DNA from: Candidatus Nomurabacteria bacterium
GTDB taxonomy: Bacteria > Patescibacteriota > Minisyncoccia > Phycocordibacterales > UBA9973
Assembly: GCA_026396065.1 (NCBI GenBank)
Contig: JAPLXO010000010.1
Location: forward strand, 59,058-112,109
Length of the DNA: 53,052 nucleotides
Direction of reading: 5' to 3'
Shown: one piece after another, positions 19,167-27,295 of the stretch
How positions within the stretch are numbered: the first letter of the stretch is position 1
How the letters are laid out: each line of letters opens with the position of its first letter
Notes under the pieces: model-generated
Seen by the model: only the letters and a program-made list of their open reading frames with translations
Database searches by the model: none
Told to the model about the DNA's origin: nothing
Program-made: the position numbers and the translations under genes

Positions 19167-19367
19167 ATGAAACAAGATTACTTTTCATCAAACAATATAA
19201 AATTCATCGATTATAAGGATATTGAAATTTTAAAGAAATTCATTAATCCTAATGGCAAAATAATGAACCACAAGCGCACAGGTGTGACTTCAAAGAACCA
19301 ACGTTCTCTAGAAGAAGCTATTAAACGTGCTCGTTTTATGGGTCTATTACCATTCGTAGCTAGATAA
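19167..19367 (+). CDS. rpsR: 30S ribosomal protein S18
   Basis: IDYKD, GKI..RTG and AIKRARFMGLLP motifs. Confidence 0.96.
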   Translation: MKQDYFSSNNIKFIDYKDIEILKKFINPNGKIMNHKRTGVTSKNQRSLEEAIKRARFMGLLPFVAR

Positions 19368-19371
19368 AAAT

Positions 19372-20130
19372 ATGGAAAATATAAATAACAATGTAGAAGT
19401 AACACCAAAGGTAATTACTTTTAGTTCTCTTTTTATGGAAAGTTTACAGGTCTGTAAATCTTTGTTTAAAGATTATACTTCAAATGTATTACTTTTGTTG
19501 ATATTACTTATGGTACCAATTGTAAATCTTTTTGTTGCACCATTTATCATGTTTATAATTGGTAGAAAAATACAAGGAGAAAATAATCCATTTACTGGAT
19601 CTGTTAAATTATATTTTAGTAAATTTTGGAATATAGTTTCACTTATGTTTGTTTATTTAGGAATGATATTTTGGAAGACAATTATTTGGATTTTATTACC
19701 AATAGTATTTTGGGGATTATTAAAAGTTATAGGTGTACATTCTGCAATCATGAGTAGTATCCTAAATACATTGATACCAATACTTATTATAGTATTTCCT
19801 CTTATCTTTATGTTGAAGTATTTCTGTGGTTGGAGATTTGCTGTAAATGTATTACTCTTTGAAGATAAAAAAAATAAAGATGCATTAAATAGAAGTTGGG
19901 AACTTACTGACAATCGTAAATGGGATATCTTTTTTTATTTTTTAATATTAGGACTTATTGCTGTTATTTATTCTGTTATTCTAATAGTAACTATTAGTTC
20001 TATATTTAGATTGGATTCTGTTTTAGATAAACATACTCTCTCTATTATTAGATCAGTAATAACTTCTCCAATATCATTTATAATTACTACCTTCTTTACT
20101 ATTTTATATTTTAAATTTAAAAATAAGTAA
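19372..20130 (+). CDS. Multi-pass membrane protein (DUF975/GDPD membrane-domain-like)
   Basis: About 5-6 TM helices and ALNRSWELT motif. Confidence 0.7.
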   Translation: MENINNNVEVTPKVITFSSLFMESLQVCKSLFKDYTSNVLLLLILLMVPIVNLFVAPFIMFIIGRKIQGENNPFTGSVKLYFSKFWNIVSLMFVYLGMIFWKTIIWILLPIVFWGLLKVIGVHSAIMSSILNTLIPILIIVFPLIFMLKYFCGWRFAVNVLLFEDKKNKDALNRSWELTDNRKWDIFFYFLILGLIAVIYSVILIVTISSIFRLDSVLDKHTLSIIRSVITSPISFIITTFFTILYFKFKNK

Positions 20131-20160
20131 TATTTATTAAATTAATTTATAAAATTCACA

Positions 20161-20202
20161 AAAAAATCCCTTTCAGCTTGTTTAGAGCTAAAAGGGATTT
20201 TT
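20161..20202. terminator. Bidirectional intrinsic terminator
   Basis: AAAAATCCCTTT-CAGCT...AGCT-AAAAGGGATTTTT between convergent genes. Confidence 0.75.
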
Positions 20203-20224
20203 ATTTTTGATAGGAGAGGTTAAT

Positions 20225-20746
20225 TTAATTCTCCTCCTGTTTTTCCATGAAAACATGGCTACCTATTAAGAGCAAATGCCCCATATTTAATTGCAAAACC
20301 ACAATTACCAATTTACTTTGGGAATCTGTGATTAATGATAAACGGTGAAGTTTCTCGTTTATTAAAACATAAACATGAGCATTGGTATTATTCTTGTTCA
20401 TACCTTTTTTCACGAAATTTTTAATAATTGATATTCCTTCAAAATAATTGTAAAGTTTGTGCACTCCTTTGTCTTTAGATTCTTCTATCACTGTCCTGTG
20501 TGATACACCATCTACAACTGGGCTGTAGCTGTCAGTTACAAAACCATCAAATTTTGGAATTATCTGACCATCAAATGGTTCGTACACATTCTCTGCAATA
20601 AAGAGATCGTATTGCTCAGATACCTCTTTGAAGAAGCAATGAACGTTTTCTTTACTAATTTTAAAGTCTTTAGTTTGACCTTCGATCCTTAGTTGTCCTA
20701 TGGGAACTAAAGTACCAGTTTCTGGGGAAAAGATTTCTTCTGCCAT
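20225..20746 (-). CDS. Hypothetical protein (173 aa)
   Basis: Open ORF with its own promoter (TTGACT 20944-20939, TATAAT 20922-20917) and leader hairpin. No family recognised. Confidence 0.7.
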   Translation of the reverse strand: MAEEIFSPETGTLVPIGQLRIEGQTKDFKISKENVHCFFKEVSEQYDLFIAENVYEPFDGQIIPKFDGFVTDSYSPVVDGVSHRTVIEESKDKGVHKLYNYFEGISIIKNFVKKGMNKNNTNAHVYVLINEKLHRLSLITDSQSKLVIVVLQLNMGHLLLIGSHVFMEKQEEN

Positions 20747-20954
20747 GATTTTTGCTTGTTAAATTTGTTTTTAATTATTAGTATTTATCAACCTTAACTA
20801 AGGTAAACAGCTTCTATAATACAAATATAGGGGAGCACACTGGAAAGAATTTTTCCATCCAAAGTGCTCACCATATTTGAAAACAAATTATTTTTCAAAG
20901 TTCTTTATTTTACGTTATTATATAGATAAAATGGAAAAAGTCAATGTATCTTAA

Positions 20955-20991
20955 AAACAAAAAAACTCCCAACTGAGAGTTTTTTTTGTTT
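20955..20991 (-). terminator. Intrinsic terminator after efp
   Basis: AAACAAAAAAACTC...GAGTTTTTTTTGTTT inverted repeat. Confidence 0.65.
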
Positions 20992-21006
20992 ACTTTTTTA
21001 TATAAT

Positions 21007-21585
21007 TTATGCTCTTTCTACGTAGTCTCCAGTTTCGGTATTTATTACAATAGTATCACCTTCATTTATAAACATTGGAGCAGTGACTGATGCGCCGTTT
21101 TCTAGAGTAATATATTTATTTCCACCTTTTGAAGTATCTCCGCGGACTGCAGGAGGGGCTTCTTTGACTTTGAAATTCATTTTGATAGGAAGCTTCAAAC
21201 CAATTGTTTGCTCTTCGCCATCATTATCCCAAACCAAAGCTGTGACATTTTCATTTTCTTTTAAAAATTTAGTTGTGTTGCCAAGGAGTGTTTCATCGAG
21301 TTTGAAACGATTTGCTTTGTTACCAATTTCACAAAACCAATATTCACCTTTATTGTGATAAAGGAAAGTGACTTCACGTTTTTCGATTTCAGCTTCGTCT
21401 GCTTTATCAGAGACGTGATAAGTAGCAGGGAAGACCTTACCAGAAATGAGACTACGAAGCTTCACTTGGTTTTGAGGTTTTCTTTGTTGAGTACGAGCTA
21501 CGTGTGATTCTACCACTTCACATGGTTCATCATCATGTAATATTATCTTTTTCTCTCTTATTTCACTGTATTCTAGTGTTGCCAT
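21007..21585 (-). CDS. efp: Elongation factor P with divergent tip loop
   Basis: VKLRSLISG, FLKEN, PAVRGDT, LENGASVTAPMFINEGD and TETGDYVERA motifs. Confidence 0.93.
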   Translation of the reverse strand: MATLEYSEIREKKIILHDDEPCEVVESHVARTQQRKPQNQVKLRSLISGKVFPATYHVSDKADEAEIEKREVTFLYHNKGEYWFCEIGNKANRFKLDETLLGNTTKFLKENENVTALVWDNDGEEQTIGLKLPIKMNFKVKEAPPAVRGDTSKGGNKYITLENGASVTAPMFINEGDTIVINTETGDYVERA

Positions 21586-21602
21586 AAATGTATTTACCCC
21601 AA

Positions 21603-21650
21603 AACCCCACCCCTAGCCCCTCCCCAAATTTGAAGATTTTAGAGAGGGGA
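21603..21650 (-). repeat. BoxC-like palindromic repeat, copy 2 (left flank of DUF559 gene)
   Basis: Reverse complement: TCCCCTCTCTAAAAT...ATTTGGGGAGGGG followed by tail CTAGGGGTGGGGTT. Confidence 0.85.
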
Positions 21651-21658
21651 ATATTGTG

Positions 21659-21997
21659 TTAACATTTTTTAATTTCAATTTTTATTTTTGCTAAAACTTT
21701 TTTTAGATTATTTTCTACTTCAGAATTCCAGAATCTAATAACTTTTATATTTTTTGAATTCAAGTATTCTGTACGCATTTTGTCGTATTCTTGATTTTCT
21801 TTATGAATTTCACCATCTAGTTCTATTGCGAGTTTTATTTTCGGTGCATAAAAATCTAAGATAAATTTATCTATTGGGTGCTGTCTTCTGAATGTTATTC
21901 CAATTTTATCTTTACGTAATTCTTCCCAAAGAATTTTTTCTGCTTCAGTTGCTTCTTTTCGTAAGTAACGAGCCTTTGGAACTATTGTCACTTTCAT
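21659..21997 (-). CDS. DUF559 / Vsr-like endonuclease domain protein
   Basis: ARYLRKEATEAEKILWEELR, FRRQHPI, ILDFY, IELDGEIH and VIRFWNSEV motifs. Confidence 0.92.
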   Translation of the reverse strand: MKVTIVPKARYLRKEATEAEKILWEELRKDKIGITFRRQHPIDKFILDFYAPKIKLAIELDGEIHKENQEYDKMRTEYLNSKNIKVIRFWNSEVENNLKKVLAKIKIEIKKC

Positions 21998-22016
21998 GAT
22001 TTAATTATAGCATTCA

Positions 22017-22062
22017 CCCCTCTCTATTTTTACAAAAAATGGGGAGGGGCAGGGGTGGGGTT
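22017..22062 (+). repeat. BoxC-like palindromic repeat, copy 3 (right flank of DUF559 gene)
   Basis: CCCCTCTCTATTTTT-ACA-AAAAATGGGGAGGGG followed by tail CAGGGGTGGGGTT. Confidence 0.85.
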
Positions 22063-22074
22063 GAATGCGTTGGG

Positions 22075-23130
22075 TTATTCCCCAGCACTAGTGACTTGGA
22101 TTTCTCCGAAGCGGTGTTCGATTTCTTTCTTGATTTCTTTAGCTACTTTAGTATTTTCTTTTAGCCATGTGCGTGTAGCATCATAACCACGTCCCATTGA
22201 AATTTTATTTCCTTCTTTATCTTTCATACTGTATGAAGCTCCGGACTTTTCAATAATGCCGAGCTTTTCACCGAGAGCCATAAGTTCACCTTCGTGTGAA
22301 ATACCTTCACCGTATATAATATCAAATTCTGTTTGCTTGAATGGAGCTGCTACTTTATTCTTCACTACTTTCACACGAGTGCGTCCGCCGACTACTTCTT
22401 CACCTTTTTTAATTTGCGCAATTCTGCGAATATCCATACGCACTGATGTGTAGAATTTTAACGCCTTTCCTCCTGGTGTAGTTTCAGGATTTCCGAACAT
22501 CACACCGATTTGCATACGAATTTGGTTTATGAAGATTACGACAGTTTTAGATTTTGCGACGATAGCAGTGAGTTTGCGAAGCGCGTGACTCATCAATCGA
22601 GCTTGTCTTCCTACATGAGCTTGGCCCATATCACCCTCTATTTCATCTTTTGGAGTAAGTGCTGCTACGGAGTCGATGACGATGACATCGATTTTTCCAG
22701 AGCGGACTAATGATTCAGTAATTTCTAAACCTTGTTCACCTGTGTCTGGTTGAGACAGGAGTAGATCATCAATTTTTACACCGAGTGCACGAGCATATAC
22801 AGGATCCATTGCATGTTCTGCATCAATATACGCACATACACCACCTTTTTTTTGTGCTTCAGCTACGATGTGTAGGGCTAGTGTAGTTTTTCCAGATGAT
22901 TCTGGACCAAAGATTTCAAGGATTCTTCCACGAGGTACTCCACCGATACCGAGAGCCATATCGAGGCCGAGAGAACCAGTAGGGATGACGTCTACATCTA
23001 CTTTTGGCTTTTCACCAAGCTTCATTATAGAACCTTCACCGAATTTTGCTTGAATCGCTTTGAGTGTATCATCGAGTCCTCGGTCGTTCATTGTCTCACT
23101 ATTGCCTGCTTTTTTTGGTTTTTTTATCAT
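22075..23130 (-). CDS. recA: Recombinase RecA
   Basis: [31 protein letters not shown] and VKNKVAAPF motifs. Confidence 0.99.
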   Translation of the reverse strand: MIKKPKKAGNSETMNDRGLDDTLKAIQAKFGEGSIMKLGEKPKVDVDVIPTGSLGLDMALGIGGVPRGRILEIFGPESSGKTTLALHIVAEAQKKGGVCAYIDAEHAMDPVYARALGVKIDDLLLSQPDTGEQGLEITESLVRSGKIDVIVIDSVAALTPKDEIEGDMGQAHVGRQARLMSHALRKLTAIVAKSKTVVIFINQIRMQIGVMFGNPETTPGGKALKFYTSVRMDIRRIAQIKKGEEVVGGRTRVKVVKNKVAAPFKQTEFDIIYGEGISHEGELMALGEKLGIIEKSGASYSMKDKEGNKISMGRGYDATRTWLKENTKVAKEIKKEIEHRFGEIQVTSAGE

Positions 23131-23137
23131 TTGATTT

Positions 23138-23482
23138 TTAATAAATTAACTTATAAATTTTCTCATCACTATGCCCAAACTTGTCGACTGCTTTTATCTC
23201 TATTATATTATAACCAGAAAGTAAGGCAATTGTTTCATTAAAATCACCTTTTTGATCGACTGAAATTTCTCTACCGTCTAGTATTACTTGGGTAGCATTT
23301 TTTGCGTTTCCTGTAATGTTTACTATGTTATTTTCTACTTTTGCACCATCTACTAAATTCACATTTCTAATTTTTACTCCAAAAATCAAGTCTTTTGACC
23401 GAAAAAAAACAAAAATAAGTATAAAAACAAATAATAGTACAAGAGAGCTAATTTTTAATATTTTTTTTACACCTTGTTTCAT
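23138..23482 (-). CDS. Small membrane-anchored Ig-like protein
   Basis: N-terminal TM helix and beta-rich domain ([25 protein letters not shown]). Start placed at the ATG just after the ftsK stop. Confidence 0.7.
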   Translation of the reverse strand: MKQGVKKILKISSLVLLFVFILIFVFFRSKDLIFGVKIRNVNLVDGAKVENNIVNITGNAKNATQVILDGREISVDQKGDFNETIALLSGYNIIEIKAVDKFGHSDEKIYKLIY

Positions 23483-23483
23483 A

Positions 23484-25709
23484 TTACATATCACTCATAC
23501 TATTATTTCCATCAGAATCTCTATTTATTTTCTCTAAAATTTCTCTAGGTTTTGCTCCATCTCCAGCGCTGATTACTCCTCGTTCTTCAAGTATATCCAT
23601 TAGTCGTGCTGCACGAGCATAACCAAGTTTTAATTTTCTTTGTAAATATGAAGTACTTGCTTTTCCAGCTTCTATGACACAAGCTCGTGCTTCTTCATAC
23701 ATTTCGTCTTCATCAGCATTATCATCTAGACTACTTTCAAAAATGCTTTTATCGTGATTAATACTTTCAGAAGATAAAGAAATTTCATTTGTTATTTCAT
23801 CAGAATAACTATCTGCTAAGTATTTTACTACTTTTTTCACTTCACTTTCTGAAATAAAAGCAGATTGCAGACGTTCTGGTTGGGCATCACCTGAAGAGTA
23901 AAGCATATCTCCTTGACCTAAAAGTTTTTCTGCGCCTGTAGCATCTAATATAGTACGTGAATCAATACCAGAAGAAACTTTTAGCGCAATACGTGCAGGA
24001 ATGTTTGCTTTGATTAGACCAGTAATGACATTTACTTCAGGACGTTGAGTAGAAAGAATAATATGAATACCGACAGCACGAGACATTTGTGCGAGACGTA
24101 CGATAGCACTTTCAAGCTCACGAGGGTAAGCAGTCATAATATCTGCAAGTTCATCTATAATTATGACTATATATGGTAGTCTGTCTGGCATTTTCGCCGT
24201 CACATCTTCTTTTTCTTGTGTTTTATCGTAAGTTTTTCTTAATTTTGGTAGTACGGTCTCATGGTATGAGGTAATATCACGCACCGATTCTTCTTGGAGG
24301 ATGTCATATCGTCTGTCCATTTCTTTTGCTGCCCATTTGAGTGCAAGAATAGATTTTTTTGCATCTGTAATAACTGGAGTGAGTAAATGAGGAATTTTAT
24401 TGTACAAAGTTAGCTCCACACGTTTTGGATCAACCATAATAAATTTCAAATCGTCTGGTCCATTTCTATATAGAAGGGAAGTAATGACAGAGTGAATGGT
24501 GACAGATTTTCCAGATCCAGTAGTACCAGCTATGAGTGCGTGTGGCATCTTTGCTAGGTTCGCGAATGTGGCCTTGCCAGAGATTCCACGACCGAGTGCT
24601 ATAGTGAGTGGCTTTGCAGAGTTTTCAAATTTTTCATCAGCTAGGAGTGTCGCTAGTCCGACTGTAGATTTTACTTTATTTGGAATTTCAATACCGACGA
24701 GTGATTTACCTGGTATAGGAGCCTCGATACGTATAGGGTGTGCAGCAAGAGCTAAAGCCAAGTCTGGTTGTAGTGCAACAATACGAGAGAGTTTCATTCC
24801 TTCGGCTGGTTTCAAAGCATAACGTGTGATACTTGGTCCTACTGTGATCTCATCCATTTCTACTTCGATACCGAAATTTTGCAGAGTCCTTTTTATGATA
24901 TTTGCATTTGCTTTTATATCTCCAGTATTTGGTTTTCCTTTGTCTTCCTCAAGGAGTGAAAGTGGTGGTGGTACGTATGCATGAGACACATATTTTTTAC
25001 CTACTGGTGGTGGTAGGTCTTCATCTGCTACTTTTAGTTTTTTTGTGCTCTTTTTTTCTTGAATTTCTTCCTCTTCATCCTCATCGTTTTCATCTATTTC
25101 TTCCGGCTCTCCCTCATCTATATTATCTGTCTCAAATTCTTCATTAATATCTTCGATTATCTTTTCACTATAACCAAATAATTTTCTTATACCATTCCAA
25201 ATTTTTTCTAAATAGGGAAGTAGTACTGGTTTCGCATCAAACATTACTAAAAGAGAAATTATTAAAATTGCTCCTAGAAAAATTATACTTGCATAAATAT
25301 CAAAAAGTCCTACGAATGGTTTTGCTACAAATTCTCCTAAAAGTCCTCCCGCGTGTTTTTTTGAAGCAATTTCAAAAAGCCCGAGTCCAGATAATAGAAA
25401 AAAAGTTCCAGAAATTGATCTAGTAAGACCGATATCAGGACGTTCAGATTTTATAAAAGAAGACCCAAGTAATACTAAAAGAATTGGTAATAAAATATAT
25501 CCAACCCCTAGTAAAAAATAAAAGAAATCATAAAAAAATTTTCCTACGACACCCGCTGATCCAAATGCAGACATTATCAAAAATAATGCTAATACAAAAA
25601 ATATGACTGCCCATATTCCGTGTTTTGTTTCTGTTTTTAATTTTCTTTTTCCACCCTCTTTATCTTCTTTTCTTTTTGAATTGTTTTTAGAATTTTTTTC
25701 GTTTGCCAT
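23484..25709 (-). CDS. ftsK: DNA translocase FtsK/SpoIIIE
   Basis: 4TM N-terminus, AGTTGSGKS, DPKRVEL, IDELAD, TQRP and gamma domain LQRKLKLGYARAAR. Confidence 0.97.
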   Translation of the reverse strand: MANEKNSKNNSKRKEDKEGGKRKLKTETKHGIWAVIFFVLALFLIMSAFGSAGVVGKFFYDFFYFLLGVGYILLPILLVLLGSSFIKSERPDIGLTRSISGTFFLLSGLGLFEIASKKHAGGLLGEFVAKPFVGLFDIYASIIFLGAILIISLLVMFDAKPVLLPYLEKIWNGIRKLFGYSEKIIEDINEEFETDNIDEGEPEEIDENDEDEEEEIQEKKSTKKLKVADEDLPPPVGKKYVSHAYVPPPLSLLEEDKGKPNTGDIKANANIIKRTLQNFGIEVEMDEITVGPSITRYALKPAEGMKLSRIVALQPDLALALAAHPIRIEAPIPGKSLVGIEIPNKVKSTVGLATLLADEKFENSAKPLTIALGRGISGKATFANLAKMPHALIAGTTGSGKSVTIHSVITSLLYRNGPDDLKFIMVDPKRVELTLYNKIPHLLTPVITDAKKSILALKWAAKEMDRRYDILQEESVRDITSYHETVLPKLRKTYDKTQEKEDVTAKMPDRLPYIVIIIDELADIMTAYPRELESAIVRLAQMSRAVGIHIILSTQRPEVNVITGLIKANIPARIALKVSSGIDSRTILDATGAEKLLGQGDMLYSSGDAQPERLQSAFISESEVKKVVKYLADSYSDEITNEISLSSESINHDKSIFESSLDDNADEDEMYEEARACVIEAGKASTSYLQRKLKLGYARAARLMDILEERGVISAGDGAKPREILEKINRDSDGNNSMSDM

Positions 25710-25740
25710 TCTTGTATTTTAGCATAATTTTTTTTATTTA

Positions 25741-25832
25741 CCCTCTCATTAATAAGGAGAGGGTAAGGGTAAGCGTGAGGTAAATTTAATTAAGAACCTA
25801 ATCCCAGCCTTCTCCTTGTAAAGGAGAAGGGG
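25741..25832. repeat. Tail-to-tail doublet of BoxC-like repeats (copies 4 and 5)
   Basis: CCCTCTC..GAGAGGG-TAAGGG..GTGAGGT (25741-25781) and inverted ACCTAATCCCAG-CCTTCTCCTT-GTA-AAGGAGAAGG (25796-25832). Confidence 0.8.
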
Positions 25833-25882
25833 AAGAAATACCCTATTGCATTTCTTTGTCCTTTATATATAATGGACTCATC

Positions 25883-26740
25883 ATGTTAGATGAAAATAAT
25901 AATCTAAAAGACTCCACTTCAGACGTTGCAAATTCATATAGGACAGATGTTTCTTTATCTGTTTTTAACTTGTCCTATAAAAAGACAAACAAGCTAATAA
26001 GCGCATTGTATATGGTTACAGACATAATGGACAGAGAAGAGCCATTAAGAAATAAATTAAGAAACATTGGTAGTAATATTGTATCAGACATCCATACTTT
26101 ATCATTAAAAACATTTACCGAAGCAGTACAGGCAGTCTCTGTTACAAAAGAAAGAATCTCTGAAATTGTGTCTTTTTTAGATATAGCATCTTCTGTAGGA
26201 ATGATTTCGGAAATGAACTGCAATATCTTAAAAAAAGAATTTTTTGAATTAAAACAATCAATTATAGACCACTCACAAAACAATAACATATCTCTTTCTA
26301 ATTTTTTTGCTCAAACAGAATCGATCTCTGATTTACCTGCTGTTTCTGATAAAAAAATAGACCACTCTAACGGACAACTTTTTAAAAGACACACTCCAAT
26401 AATACCACCAGTAAATAGCCAGACTTCTACTAGGATTGGTGTCCAAAAGGGAAGCACTTTACTTAGAGCTATTTCAGAAAAAATTCCAGTTGTTCATAAT
26501 AATCAAAATTTCGATTCTCTTAAAAAAGAAAGAAGAGATATCATACTTAAAATAATAAAGGACATGAAGGATGTTCACCCAGAAGCAGGCAGAGCTACTA
26601 TCAAGGACATCAAAGACAAGGCATTTGGATCACTACTTTCTTGTGGAGAAAAGACTTTGCAACGTGAGCTTGTCTCTATGATAAAGGACAAGCTTCTCAC
26701 TAGAAAAGGGGAAAAAAGATGGTGCAAATATTCTATTTAA
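25883..26740 (+). CDS. Hypothetical protein, helical N-terminus plus C-terminal winged HTH
   Basis: C-terminal TIKDI..CGEKTLQREL..GEKRW resembles a DeoR-like wHTH. ATG 9 nt after TTGCAT..TATAAT. Confidence 0.7.
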   Translation: MLDENNNLKDSTSDVANSYRTDVSLSVFNLSYKKTNKLISALYMVTDIMDREEPLRNKLRNIGSNIVSDIHTLSLKTFTEAVQAVSVTKERISEIVSFLDIASSVGMISEMNCNILKKEFFELKQSIIDHSQNNNISLSNFFAQTESISDLPAVSDKKIDHSNGQLFKRHTPIIPPVNSQTSTRIGVQKGSTLLRAISEKIPVVHNNQNFDSLKKERRDIILKIIKDMKDVHPEAGRATIKDIKDKAFGSLLSCGEKTLQRELVSMIKDKLLTRKGEKRWCKYSI

Positions 26741-26879
26741 ATTCTCTTTTGTGCATCATTTCAATGCTCTACGTTCTATAATCTTTGCCAGAAAATTTTA
26801 TTGCATTTTAGACTAAAACATGATAAGATTTACCGAGTGGATTTATTGCCTTTTAATAGGGTTTATCCACAGTAATATT

Positions 26880-27295
26880 TTGATGTTTCATACGTCAGAT
26901 ATTATAATACTAGTATAGATTTGTATTCACGATTATTTCGTGTAATTACGTATCTATATATTGTATTTGTTTCGCTCACAATTTCGTCGAAAAAATTTTG
27001 AGTAAAACAAGGAAAGGTCATTGAAAACTAAATATATAGATTCTTACGGATTTAATTCTGTAAGAAAAAAATGTTTACGTTTTCAGTTTTTTTATTGAGA
27101 GTTTTGTCTCTTAATAAAAGTTTAAAGTATATCTGTCCACTGTTTTTATTTTCGTTAAAAAGGAGATGAGAATAGTGATAGAAAAAAATTGTATAGTTCT
27201 TAGTTTTGTCGAAACTAATTAATGACTATACGAACCTGATAAATAATTTTTTAAATAAAAAATAAAAAACTTTTATCAGAATTAAAATTAATTTT
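26880..27295 (+). promoter_or_regulatory. Promoter and ~380 nt multi-hairpin 5' leader
   Basis: TTGATG, 17 bp spacer, TATAAT (26880-26908), followed by six or more stem-loops. Confidence 0.6.

Noticed and set aside
26863-26871. DnaA boxes (TTATCCACA here and at 50133, variant at 51580) as oriC
   Set aside because: Isolated boxes, with no cluster and no dnaA or dnaN nearby.
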